From the NCBI GenBank assembly GCA_963830935.1, contig CAWHOC010000005.1, positions 38,023 through 102,022 on the forward strand: a stretch of DNA of 64,000 nucleotides, in the 5' to 3' direction. Origin of the DNA: an uncultured bacterium. Lineage in GTDB: Bacteria > Patescibacteriota > Minisyncoccia > UBA6257 > 2-01-FULL-56-20. This document shows, one piece after another, positions 32,639-41,819 of the stretch. Each line of letters begins with the position of its first letter. Position 1 is the first letter of the stretch. A program made the translations under genes and the position numbers. The notes below the pieces were generated by a model. It was not told where the DNA came from, did no database searches, and saw only the letters and a program-made list of their open reading frames with translations.

Positions 32639-33450
32639 AGGCTTGGAAATTCTACTTGTGGGTGATCGGTGGTGGGAGCGCAGTATTCGCCCTCATCATC
32701 CTCGCCGCAATCAGCATCGTCCATCACCTCAATGGCAATGGCAGCTGGGCTGGGCTCGGAACATTCATATTGCTCGGCATTGTGATGTTCTTCGTGGGAC
32801 TTGTGGTGCTCGTTTTTCTGAGCACACGCAATTTCCTGCGAAAGGAAAAGTCAAAGCCGCAAGCCATCGCCGTAACAGCAACAACAACCCCATCCACGCC
32901 CCCTCCACCGGCACCAACCCCAAAAAAGAAGCATGGGGTCGGGTATTGGATCAAGGCGACGCTCGTATGGGCCATCCTCATCGGAGCGATCAGTGTGGTG
33001 GGGTTCGCGCTGAAGCAGTGCATTTTTACATCCGGCCCTATCTCCAATGGGCCGATCAACTGGTCGTGGCCGGGTCAGACCCTCGCGCCGCCGGACATCG
33101 GCCTCAACTGTCCTGGCGTGGAGGATTTAGACAAAAACCACGCCGAGGATCACAGCCGAGACGATATGGACCAACCAGTCTATATCAAAACGGTTCCGGC
33201 TCCGGGATCGGAGAAGGCGCTCTGTTGGTCAGCTCGGGTGACCCTACCGCCCTACCAGGCGGAATGGCACCCAAAATTCCTCGACCCCAACCAGGTCAAG
33301 GGCGGATGCCTTGCGTACGTGCAGTACCAAGGTATCTCCCGGATCTACGGCCCCTACAGAGGCACCGTAGATATCGGCGAAAGTAACATGCCACACAACG
33401 ACTGGTTCCGTGTGGCAACCAATTGTTCGATTTACGTGTACGGGAATTAG
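32635..33450 (+). CDS. membrane protein with extracytoplasmic Cys-containing domain, operonic with the SPFH gene (4-nt overlap)
   Basis: Two N-terminal TM helices, a Pro/Thr linker, and a C-terminal domain. ATGA start/stop overlap with the upstream gene. Confidence 0.4.
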   Translation: MKAWKFYLWVIGGGSAVFALIILAAISIVHHLNGNGSWAGLGTFILLGIVMFFVGLVVLVFLSTRNFLRKEKSKPQAIAVTATTTPSTPPPPAPTPKKKHGVGYWIKATLVWAILIGAISVVGFALKQCIFTSGPISNGPINWSWPGQTLAPPDIGLNCPGVEDLDKNHAEDHSRDDMDQPVYIKTVPAPGSEKALCWSARVTLPPYQAEWHPKFLDPNQVKGGCLAYVQYQGISRIYGPYRGTVDIGESNMPHNDWFRVATNCSIYVYGN

Positions 33451-33537
33451 AGCACATGCTCTCTCCCATCAGCCCGGCAGCTTAAAAACTGTCGGGCATT
33501 TTTTATCTTTTAAAAAAAAGTGCGTGGGGCGCGGAAT

Positions 33538-33567
33538 TCAAAAAAGGCCCCGTGGGGCCTTTTTTGA
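33538..33567. terminator. bidirectional rho-independent terminator
   Basis: aaaaaaggccccgtggggccttttttg, located between convergent genes. Confidence 0.6.
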
Positions 33568-33585
33568 TATCGCACAAAAGATCTG

Positions 33586-33978
33586 TTAGCAGGAGCTGAC
33601 GCCTTGTGCGCCGAGGAAGCTTCCCACGACGAGCGGAACCGCGCGGGCCAAGAGGGCCACGCCGATGGCGATCGCCGCGTAGAGCAACGTTGCTCCGGCG
33701 CTCTTTACCTTCTCCGGATCACCGGCTGCAGTGAGATACTTGAATGCCGCGACGATGACGAAGATGACGGCGATCACAATGAGGAAGTAGAACGCCCACG
33801 CGAAAACCGTGCAGAGCGTCTGAAGAACTCCCTGTAAGCTCGTGATCTGACCCTGCGGAACGCCTACGTTCGTCGGCGCGTTCGGGAGGGGGAGATTCTG
33901 CGCGAACGCCATCGCCGGCAAAACCAAGGCCGCGATCGCGGGGGTGAACTCCTTCGCTAAACTAATTACTTTCTTCAT
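33586..33978 (-). CDS. small secreted pilin-like protein (VirB2/TrbC-like), paralog 1
   Basis: Signal peptide MKKVISLAKEFTPAIAALVLPAMAFAQ, followed by a C-terminal two-helix hairpin ...IVAAFKYLTAAGDPEKVKSAGATLLYAAIAIGVALLA. Confidence 0.4.
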   Translation of the reverse strand: MKKVISLAKEFTPAIAALVLPAMAFAQNLPLPNAPTNVGVPQGQITSLQGVLQTLCTVFAWAFYFLIVIAVIFVIVAAFKYLTAAGDPEKVKSAGATLLYAAIAIGVALLARAVPLVVGSFLGAQGVSSC

Positions 33979-34069
33979 AATCAATGAATTTTGAGGATTT
34001 TCGACCTTTCTGATGTACCTAAAAATGCTACCATACCGCTCTTTTGCCCGCAATATTGCTAGATGAGGC

Positions 34070-34465
34070 CTACCCGAGGCATCCGATGGTGAATCCGCCC
34101 GTGCCGTTGCCAAATAACGATGCGACGATAGAGGGAACTCCGGCAGCGAGCAATGCCACCAGTATTCCGATCGCGGCGTACGTTATCGTCTTCCGGCCCG
34201 TGGCAACTTTCTCAGCATCATCGCCCGCGGTGGCGTACTCGAACGCCGCGTATACGATCATGATGACCGAAACGATGATCACCACCCAAATGAACCAGTC
34301 GATGATATTGCACAAGAGCTGTTGGATATCCGCGGCGGAGTTCACCGGAGACGTGATATTCCCAACTGAATTTACGGTAGCCAGGGCGACCGAAACAGAC
34401 AGACCAAGCGAGGCCGACACCAGTGCCATTGATGGCACGACAAGAAACTTCTTAATCGAGTTCAT
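34070..34465 (-). CDS. small secreted pilin-like protein, paralog 2
   Basis: Signal peptide, followed by ...IVYAAFEYATAGDDAEKVATGRKTITYAAIGILVALLAAG. Confidence 0.4.
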   Translation of the reverse strand: MNSIKKFLVVPSMALVSASLGLSVSVALATVNSVGNITSPVNSAADIQQLLCNIIDWFIWVVIIVSVIMIVYAAFEYATAGDDAEKVATGRKTITYAAIGILVALLAAGVPSIVASLFGNGTGGFTIGCLG

Positions 34466-34551
34466 GGTGAAGTTTTATTTTAGTTCGACCATTTATTCTC
34501 TTTAATATCCCATATTGTATCCTAAAACGCCAGCAGGATGGAATGCTGGCG

Positions 34552-34916
34552 TCAGCTGTTGCCAAATAAGCTCTTTATGATCGAGGTGACCCCGGTGGCG
34601 ATGATGGCGATCACAAAACCGATCGCGGCGTACAAGATGGTCTTCCTCCCCTGCGAAAATTTCTCCGGATCGCCGGCGGACGTCGTTATCTGAAAGGCGC
34701 CGACGAGTACCATGATCGCGGTAAGCGGGATCGCGATGGTGGTGGAGATGAAAAAGATAACGTTATTCGCCACGGAGGCGAAGGTCTCGCCGCCGCCGAG
34801 CGGGTCGTTGAGCGCGATCGTCGCGTTGCTCAACGCCAGCGCGGACGCCGCGCCCGTCGGACGAAGATCACCACACTCGCCCATCCCGCGTTCAGCTTTT
34901 TTGCGATCTTCATCAT
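34552..34916 (-). CDS. small secreted pilin-like protein, paralog 3 (frameshift within the signal peptide)
   Basis: MMKIAKKLNAGWASVVIF is in one frame. ...AASALALSNATIA...VGAFQITTSAGDPEKFSQGRKTILYAAIGFVIAII is in the track ORF frame. Confidence 0.35.
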
Positions 34917-34937
34917 TATTTTCATTATAGCAGGTTA

Positions 34938-35479
34938 TCACTGCGCCACGGGCAACGTGGATGAGCAGAAGCTCAGCCCGAACGAATCTCCGTAGTACGA
35001 GCTGTTCTTGTCGGTAACTCCTTCGTCGACATTCAGTTTGCACGCGTCGCTTTCCGAAACGCCCAGCTGGCTCATGAATGCCGCTTCAGCGGCGGCGCGG
35101 ACGTCCTGGAGCGAACTCGTCACTACGGTAAGATCGATGATGAAGCTGCTGCCGGCGCGGACATAGTCGTCGCTATAGTCGCTAGTCTCCGCAAGCACGA
35201 CGTTCTCGTTGTCCGCCGTGATGTAATCCATCGTCTTGTAGAAGTTGTTTACCGTGACGGTCCCCTGATTCGTCCCTATCTGGAACGTGCTTCCCGTAGG
35301 GAAAGAGCTCGTGCCGTTCTGAACGGTACTCGATGTCGACGTTGCCGCCGGTGGAAGATTTCCTGGGGTATTCGTGGGAATCGTGCTCGGAGCCGCGCCG
35401 CGCAAGATAAAATATACGATACGCCGATCACAATGGCAATGACTACCAGCACGATGAGAATGATGATCCCTTTTTTCAT
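34938..35479 (-). CDS. secreted Thr/Ser-rich protein with N-terminal anchor, frameshifted
   Basis: MKKGIIILIVLVVIAIVIGVSYIL (35276..35479 ORF) continues in another frame as ...TIPTNTPGNLPPAATSTSSTVQNGTSS... (34938..35405). Confidence 0.35.
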
Positions 35480-35519
35480 AATGTTTCTTCTATGTATATA
35501 TTTATTATATCTCTATACT

Positions 35520-36470
35520 TCAAAATCCGCATTTTTTCCCATCCGCTTTCCACGGACCGAGGTTCGATCCACCATTGGATAACGTACACGCGACAAGGAT
35601 ATTATTCGCGCCTTGCTGGGCGGCAGCTACGCAATCATTATAGAGTTCAAGCATGATCTCGCTTCCACATTGGCCGTTGGATATCTGACATGCGACACCG
35701 TTGCCTTTGGATGCTGTCGTACATGGCCGACTTGCATCGGGACAGGAAATCGCTTGGCCGGTGAACGCGGCGCCACAATTCTGGCCATCCACGGTCTGCT
35801 TCCATGAATTCGTAAGGTTGATCTGGAAAAGCCCCACCGAGACCGGATAGAGGCCCGTGCCGTTCGGCCCAAGACAATTGTCGCTGCCGCTTTTTAAGCC
35901 CGCGTTGCCCTGGCTCTCATTCTTGCATATCCCCGACCATAACGCCGTATTGTTGGAAAAACAGGTGTTCGCCAGATTCGCGGTGGTGCATAGCGATCCG
36001 GGGCTGGTAACTGGGGGGCAGGAGTTGGGCTGCGGCGAGGGGCCGTTGTTGGGCGCATTACTGGGCGGTGGATTGGTGGCTGCCGAGATCGCGTTCAGCG
36101 TGGGTAGGTTGAGATTGAGCAATTGGGGATTGATCACTTCTAATATCAAGTATGCCCCAGCAAGAAGGAGTAGTCCGATAAGCGCTCCCCAGATCCATTC
36201 CTTCCCATCGCTTTGCGCGGAAGGATTCCCTGCGGAAGCGACATATTTGACTCCTCCGAACACAATGGCGCCGAACGCAAGGATCCCTCCTATCAATAAT
36301 GCAAACTGATAGAAGTTGGCGATATACGCGCCGGGGGCCGTGGAAGTGTTGTTGGCATAGCTCCCCGGAATTCCGACGGAGATCTGCGTCTGGGCAAAAG
36401 CGAGCGCCGGGAGGGCGAGTATCGCGAGAAGCCCGAGCGCCGCTGAAAATTTTACGAGGTTGTTACGCAT
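35520..36470 (-). CDS. pilin-like N-terminal module fused to a Cys-rich C-terminal domain with a lytic-transglycosylase (SLT)-like motif
   Basis: Signal peptide, then YQFALLIGGILAFGAIVFGGVKYVASAGNPSAQSDGKEWIWGALIGLLLLAG (same two-helix motif as the paralogs), a P/N/S linker, then ...CKNESQGNAGL...GLYPVSVGLFQINLTNSW (ES...GLxQ is SLT-like), with many Cys. Confidence 0.45.
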   Translation of the reverse strand: MRNNLVKFSAALGLLAILALPALAFAQTQISVGIPGSYANNTSTAPGAYIANFYQFALLIGGILAFGAIVFGGVKYVASAGNPSAQSDGKEWIWGALIGLLLLAGAYLILEVINPQLLNLNLPTLNAISAATNPPPSNAPNNGPSPQPNSCPPVTSPGSLCTTANLANTCFSNNTALWSGICKNESQGNAGLKSGSDNCLGPNGTGLYPVSVGLFQINLTNSWKQTVDGQNCGAAFTGQAISCPDASRPCTTASKGNGVACQISNGQCGSEIMLELYNDCVAAAQQGANNILVACTLSNGGSNLGPWKADGKKCGF

Positions 36471-36940
36471 GCGTTATTGCCAAACCCACCGATGCCGGTT
36501 ATGCCGAGGACGGTGATCGTCGTATTTACAATGAGATACGCGCAGAGCACGATGGCAAGGCCGATGACGGTGGCGGTAAGCGTCTTCTTCCCGGACTCGA
36601 GCATGCCGGGATTCGCCCCCGCGAGCATGACCATCACCGCTCCCACCACGATCATCACCGGTGCGAGAATAAATATGGCGAGCGACATGCCGAAGTAGAT
36701 GATGTTGATCGCCGTATCAATAAGGTCGCACAGGCTGGTGCAAGGAGGGGCCGCCGGCGAGTTATCGGGATTGGTGGACGGCGCGCCGACGTAAATGCCC
36801 GTGCATGAAACGAGCGGGCCCCAAAAACCGGGCGGCGTTCCCCAAAGATTCGGTGTCGTCCACGCCGACGCGACGAGCGGAAGCGTGAGCGAAGATCCGA
36901 CGATCATGATGAGCAATATTTTTGCGGCGGTGGTGTTCAT
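36452..36940 (-). CDS. small secreted pilin-like protein, paralog 5
   Basis: Signal peptide, followed by ...IIYFGMSLAIFILAPVMIVVGAVMVMLAGANPGMLESGKKTLTATVIGLAIVLCAYLIV. Confidence 0.4.
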   Translation of the reverse strand: MNTTAAKILLIMIVGSSLTLPLVASAWTTPNLWGTPPGFWGPLVSCTGIYVGAPSTNPDNSPAAPPCTSLCDLIDTAINIIYFGMSLAIFILAPVMIVVGAVMVMLAGANPGMLESGKKTLTATVIGLAIVLCAYLIVNTTITVLGITGIGGFGNNACVTTS

Positions 36941-36949
36941 GGATGTTGT

Positions 36950-38268
36950 TTAGTTTCCCGCCGAGTTCATCGCGGCCTGCGCCTGGGTGAGCGCCGTCGT
37001 GGAATCGGCCGCGCCGTTCAGGACGTTCTCTATCGCGGTGTTCATAATACTGTCGTATTGCTCGCTCACGTTCTCGTGCCACGACTTCGCGGTGAGCGCC
37101 TGCGAGGCGAAGACCGCCGTCGTGGGACTCCCGAGGTCCGCCGCGATCACCGACCGCAGCGCCGGCGGCGCGCCCGTGTCCTTCTGGTATATGTTCTCAT
37201 CCGCGGGGGACGTCGTCAAACTGATGATGAAGTTCCAGGCGCCGGCAAGGTTCGTAGTGTCCCGCGAGACCGCAAGGCCGTTATACTTCGCGTAGTTAAC
37301 GGCCACCCCCGCGTTCGCCGGCTGCGGCATCGCCGCGACGCCATAATTGAGGAACGGCGCCGTCGCCTTTATCTCCGCGATCGCCGAAGAGTAATCAAAG
37401 ATGACCGCGGTCTTTCCCTGCGTGAAGCTCGCGAGCGCCGTTCCCATCCCGTCATTCCAGGTATAGTTCGAATTGGCGGCGTTCGAAAATTGCAGATAAT
37501 AATTGAATGCGTTGAGACCGGAGGTGTCGTTGCCGTTCCCGGCGGCGAAGGTCGCGGTGGACCCGCCGGGATACGTCATCTGCGTGCCGTTCTGCATCAT
37601 AAGGAGAAAGATGATGTCGGGCGCGTTCGGGATGCTGGTCTCCGAACCGCCGAGCGCGAGCGCTGCCTGCGTGATCTGGCCCTGCGCGTTCGTCACGCGG
37701 AGCGCCGGGAATGTCGGCCTGGAGCGCTTCCCACGTGCTGGGTATCGTCGCGATGTTCGCGCTATTGAACATGTCCTTGTTATAGATCATCGCGAGCGTG
37801 TCGATGGAAAGCGGCAACGCATAAATAGTAGCCGTTGGACACAAAGTCCTGCGAGACAATATCCGGGAAATCATTCTGCAATGTGACCTGATTGAACGTC
37901 GTCGCGAGCGCGGCGGGGATCGGTATGGCGACGCTCGTCCATTGCGAGAGATCCCGGTTCGGGATCTCGAAAATGTCCGGGCCGGTGCCGGCGGCAAGCG
38001 CCGCGAGCAACTTGGTCCGATATTGGCTTGGATCGATCTCCGTGTATCTGATCTGCGCCTGCGTTCCCGAGCCGGGGCCGGAATACGCCTGGATCATATC
38101 GTTGAATGCTTTGGAGCTGTCCGTGCCCCAAATAGTAAGCGAAACAGCAGAACCGCTTCCGCCGCCTCCCGTGCGGATGCTCAAAAAGAACACCACCGCG
38201 CCAACGATCACCAAAAGTACGGCGGCCCCGATGATGATGATCTGCTTTTGAGTAAAATGTGTTGGCAT
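36950..38268 (-). CDS. ABC transporter extracellular solute-binding protein (family 1), with 2 frameshifts
   Basis: The 37780..38268 ORF has an N-terminal TM, then LTIWGTDSSKAFNDMIQAYSG...IRYTEIDPSQYRTKLLAALAAGTGPDIFEI. It continues in ORFs 37452..37997 and 36950..37696 (MIYNKDMF...IPSTWEAL...). Confidence 0.7.
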
Positions 38269-38295
38269 CTGTTTATATCTTCACCGCTCGTCATC

Positions 38296-38378
38296 TGACC
38301 GTATGCGCATATCCTTTTTTATGCGCTCACCGTCCTCGTGTGGCATTCGCGCATAAAAAGGATATGCGCATACGGTCA
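38296..38378. repeat. long-stem hairpin, copy A of the conserved-loop family; overlaps the gyrA stop codon
   Basis: tgaccgtatgcgcatatccttttttatgcgc - TCACCGTCCTCGTGTGGCATT - cgcgcataaaaaggatatgcgcatacggtca: a stem of about 31 bp with one bulge, and a 21-nt loop identical to that of copy B. Confidence 0.55.
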
Positions 38379-40814
38379 GATCACCACTGTTCCTGCTACG
38401 CGATCGCCGCTCTTAAGATCCATGATGTGCACGCCTTGCGCGGAACGCCCCGTCTTCCGCACCGTCGAGATCTCCGTGCGGATCATCTGGCCTTTCGCCG
38501 AAAGCGCGAATATCTCCTTCTCTTCCGACACAACGTGCGCGGAAACGACCGGGCCCGTCTTCGGCGTCACCTCGGCGGTCTTGATCCCCGACCCGCCGCG
38601 GCTCTGTACTTTGTATTCCTTGAGCGACGTCTGCTTCGCGAAGCCGTGCTCCATGACGACGAGCAGCATTGCCGCATCTCCTCTTATTATATCAAAGCCG
38701 GCAACCTCGTCGTTCTGTTTTTTCAATTTGATCGCGCGAACACCCGCTGCGGTGCGGCCCATCGGGCGCACCTGCTTCTCATCAAAGCGGATGGACTGGC
38801 CCTGCCGCGTGGCGAGCACCACCTGCTCCGCGCCCGTGGTGAGCTTGGCCCACTTGAGGTGATCGCCCTTTTTGAGCGAGAGCGCGATGATGCCGGTGCG
38901 GCGGATGTTCTCAAAATCCTCTAGTGGCGTTTTTTTGATGACGCCCTGCTTGGTGACCATCATGAGATATTTCCGCCCGGTTTTTCCTTCGGCCTTCGCC
39001 CCCTTCGCGGAATAGCTGACGATCGCGCTCACGTTCTCGTCGGCGGGGAGCTCCAAAAAGTTCTGGATGGCTCTGCCTTTGGAGGTACGCGTCGCCTGCG
39101 GGATCTCGTAGACCTTCGTCTGGAACACGCGCCCGCGGTCGGTAAAGAAGAGCACGTTGTCGTGCGTGTTCGCACTGAAGAAGTGCGAGAGGAAATCCTC
39201 ATCGGCCACTTCGGAACCGATCAGCCCCTTGCCGCCACGCCGCTGCACCTTGAACGTGCCCGGCGGCAGGCGCTTGATGTATCCCCCGCCGGAAACGGTG
39301 ACGATCGCCTCCTCTTCCGGAATCAAATCCTCGTCGCTCATCGCCTCCACCGCGCGGCCGACCACCTTCGTGCGCCGCTCGTCGCCATACTTGTCCTTGA
39401 GCTCCGTCACTTCGTCCTTGACGATCTTCAGCACCCGCGCGGTGCTCTTTAATATCGCCTTGAGCTCGTCAATGAGCGCGTGCTTTTCCTTGAGTTCCGT
39501 CTCAATCTTCAACCGCTCGAGCGCGGCGAGCGTCTGCAGGCGCATTTCCAAAATTGCCGTCGCCTGGAGATCGCTCAACTTGAAGTTCTTCATCAGGTTC
39601 GCGTGCGCGACCTCTTTGTCTTCGGACTTGCGGATCGTCGCGATCACCCTATCGATCGCGTCGAGCGCGATCATGAGCCCTTCCAAAATATGCGCGCGTT
39701 CCTCTGCTTTGCGAAGGTCGAACTTCGTGCGGCGCGTGATGATCGTCTTCCGGTGCTCAAGATATTCCGCCAGAATATCCTTCAGCGTGAGCAGGCGCGG
39801 CTCGATGCCGTTCACAAGCGCGATCATGTTGAAGTTGAAGTTCTTTTCGAGGTCGGTGTGCTTGTAGAGCCAGTTTAACACTTTCTGCGGAGCGACGTCG
39901 TTCTTGAGCTCGATCACAATGCGCATGCCGTCGCGGTCGGACTCGTCGCGCAGGTCGCGGATGCCCTCGATCTTTTTGTCCTGCGCGAGCTCCGCGATCG
40001 TGCTGATGAGCTCGGACTTGTTCACCTGGTACGGGATCTCGGTGACGATGATGTCGAACTGGCGGCTATTCTTCTTCTCCACGATCTCCGCCTTCGCGCG
40101 CGTGATGATGCCGCCGCGTCCGGAGACGTACGCTTCTTTGATCGCCTTATTGTCGTAAATGATCCCGCCGGTCGGGAAATCCGGCCCTTTGACGAACTGC
40201 AAAAGGTCCTCGCTCGTGGCGTCGCCGTTATCGGCAAGATAAAGGATGGCGTCGGCGATCTCGCCCAGATTGTGCGGGGGAATGCTCGTCGCCATACCGA
40301 CGGCAATGCCGAGCGCACCGTTCAGTAAAAGGTTCGGCAGCTTCGCGGGAAGCACGGTCGGCTCGTTGCGCGTGCCGTCGTAGTTCGGGATCCAATCCAC
40401 CGTTTCCTTCTCAATGTCCGAGAGCATCTCGTTCGCGATCGCGGCGAGCTTGGCTTCGGTATAACGCATGGCGGCCGGCGGGTCACCGTCCACCGAACCA
40501 AAGTTCCCCTGCCCGCGCACGAGCGGATAGCGCAAGGAAAAGTTCTGCGCCATGCGGACCATCGTGTCATATATAGAGGAGTCGCCGTGCGGATGATACT
40601 TCGCCATCGTTTCGCCGACCACATACGCGGATTTGCGAAACTTGGCGGTGGAAAGCACGCCCATGTCCCACATCGCCCACAACACGCGGCGGTGCACCGG
40701 CTTCATGCCGTCACGAACGTCGGGCAGGGCGCGCGCGACGATCACCGACATCGCGTAGCTAAGATACGAATCGCCCAGCTCTTTGGTAATTTCCTGTGGT
40801 TCCATGTCTGCCAT
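38376..40814 (-). CDS. gyrA: DNA gyrase subunit A
   Basis: 812 aa, with the active-site region ...AAMRYTE... and C-terminal beta-pinwheel repeats. Confidence 0.95.
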   Translation of the reverse strand: MADMEPQEITKELGDSYLSYAMSVIVARALPDVRDGMKPVHRRVLWAMWDMGVLSTAKFRKSAYVVGETMAKYHPHGDSSIYDTMVRMAQNFSLRYPLVRGQGNFGSVDGDPPAAMRYTEAKLAAIANEMLSDIEKETVDWIPNYDGTRNEPTVLPAKLPNLLLNGALGIAVGMATSIPPHNLGEIADAILYLADNGDATSEDLLQFVKGPDFPTGGIIYDNKAIKEAYVSGRGGIITRAKAEIVEKKNSRQFDIIVTEIPYQVNKSELISTIAELAQDKKIEGIRDLRDESDRDGMRIVIELKNDVAPQKVLNWLYKHTDLEKNFNFNMIALVNGIEPRLLTLKDILAEYLEHRKTIITRRTKFDLRKAEERAHILEGLMIALDAIDRVIATIRKSEDKEVAHANLMKNFKLSDLQATAILEMRLQTLAALERLKIETELKEKHALIDELKAILKSTARVLKIVKDEVTELKDKYGDERRTKVVGRAVEAMSDEDLIPEEEAIVTVSGGGYIKRLPPGTFKVQRRGGKGLIGSEVADEDFLSHFFSANTHDNVLFFTDRGRVFQTKVYEIPQATRTSKGRAIQNFLELPADENVSAIVSYSAKGAKAEGKTGRKYLMMVTKQGVIKKTPLEDFENIRRTGIIALSLKKGDHLKWAKLTTGAEQVVLATRQGQSIRFDEKQVRPMGRTAAGVRAIKLKKQNDEVAGFDIIRGDAAMLLVVMEHGFAKQTSLKEYKVQSRGGSGIKTAEVTPKTGPVVSAHVVSEEKEIFALSAKGQMIRTEISTVRKTGRSAQGVHIMDLKSGDRVAGTVVI

Positions 40815-40826
40815 GAAGATAGATGA

Positions 40827-41150
40827 TTATTTTGGTTGGATGGTATATTGCGACGGTTTTCGGAAGATGTTCATAAAGGCCGCGAAGCCGTTCTCTATAT
40901 CTTGCCATATGCCGGGGCCGCTCGCCTGCGCCGCAGGAGCGGGGGCGGGCGCTGGCGTGATCGCGATAGGTACTGCCCCCGTGCCCGTGGTGGTGGTCGC
41001 CGGCGCCGCGTTCTCTGCCGCCCTCCCGAGAAGGATGCTGTTAAAATACGTGATCCATACTCCGATGACGATGATCATAATGATGATGGTGGCGACGACG
41101 AGTAATCTTTTTTTGTTCGCCTCGCTGAGCGATTGCAGTTCCTGGAACAT
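40827..41150 (-). CDS. small membrane-anchored hypothetical protein
   Basis: An N-terminal TM segment LLVVATIIIMIIVIGVWITYF and an Ala/Pro/Thr-rich region. Confidence 0.4.
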   Translation of the reverse strand: MFQELQSLSEANKKRLLVVATIIIMIIVIGVWITYFNSILLGRAAENAAPATTTTGTGAVPIAITPAPAPAPAAQASGPGIWQDIENGFAAFMNIFRKPSQYTIQPK

Positions 41151-41734
41151 CAGCTTGCTTTGAGGATCACCGCCCGGCCGCGGTCGGCGGCGATATCCTT
41201 TTGTTTGAAGACGAACTTGTCCATCTCCTCGCCCTTTTTACCGAACGCTTTCAGGAATTCCGCCGGATCTTTATAGAAGCTCGGGATCACGACGCGCGCC
41301 TCGAGCTGCTTCGCGATCTTCGCCGCCACCTCCGGTTCCAAAAAATGTCCGCCGCCCACCGGCAAAAACAGAATATCCGGTTCGGAAAATTCCTCCATCA
41401 GCGTCGCGTCCATCGGCTTTGAAAGATGGCCAAGGAACACGAACTTCATCCCCTCCCACATCACCGCGTACGCGGTCTTCAAGAATTTTTCCGTGGATTC
41501 TTCCGTCACCGGGAATCCGACGATCTCTATTTCTTTTTCCTCATATTCACCGGCGAATGAGATCACGATCTCGCCTTCGCGTTCATCTCCGCCCGACGCC
41601 GCGTCCTCTCCAGCCGCCACGAGCGTCTTCAGCGTCACATCCGCTTTTAGCCTGTTATTATCGGGGTTCACGAGCACGGACGTTTCCCCGCTTTGCAATC
41701 GAAAACAGCCGTTTCCAAAATAGTTGATGACCAT
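41150..41734 (-). CDS. MBL-fold (UPF0173-like) metal-dependent hydrolase-like protein
   Basis: The N-terminus INYFGNGCFRLQSGETSVLVNP resembles the beta-lactamase-fold UPF0173 family. The metal-binding motif is not clearly seen. Confidence 0.45.
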   Translation of the reverse strand: MVINYFGNGCFRLQSGETSVLVNPDNNRLKADVTLKTLVAAGEDAASGGDEREGEIVISFAGEYEEKEIEIVGFPVTEESTEKFLKTAYAVMWEGMKFVFLGHLSKPMDATLMEEFSEPDILFLPVGGGHFLEPEVAAKIAKQLEARVVIPSFYKDPAEFLKAFGKKGEEMDKFVFKQKDIAADRGRAVILKAS

Positions 41735-41819
41735 ATATGGATAGATTTTACCAAACTTTGAGGCAAATTTCCAGCGCCGGATACCGCAAAAACCGGCTTT
41801 CGTTTACTATTATAACCAT

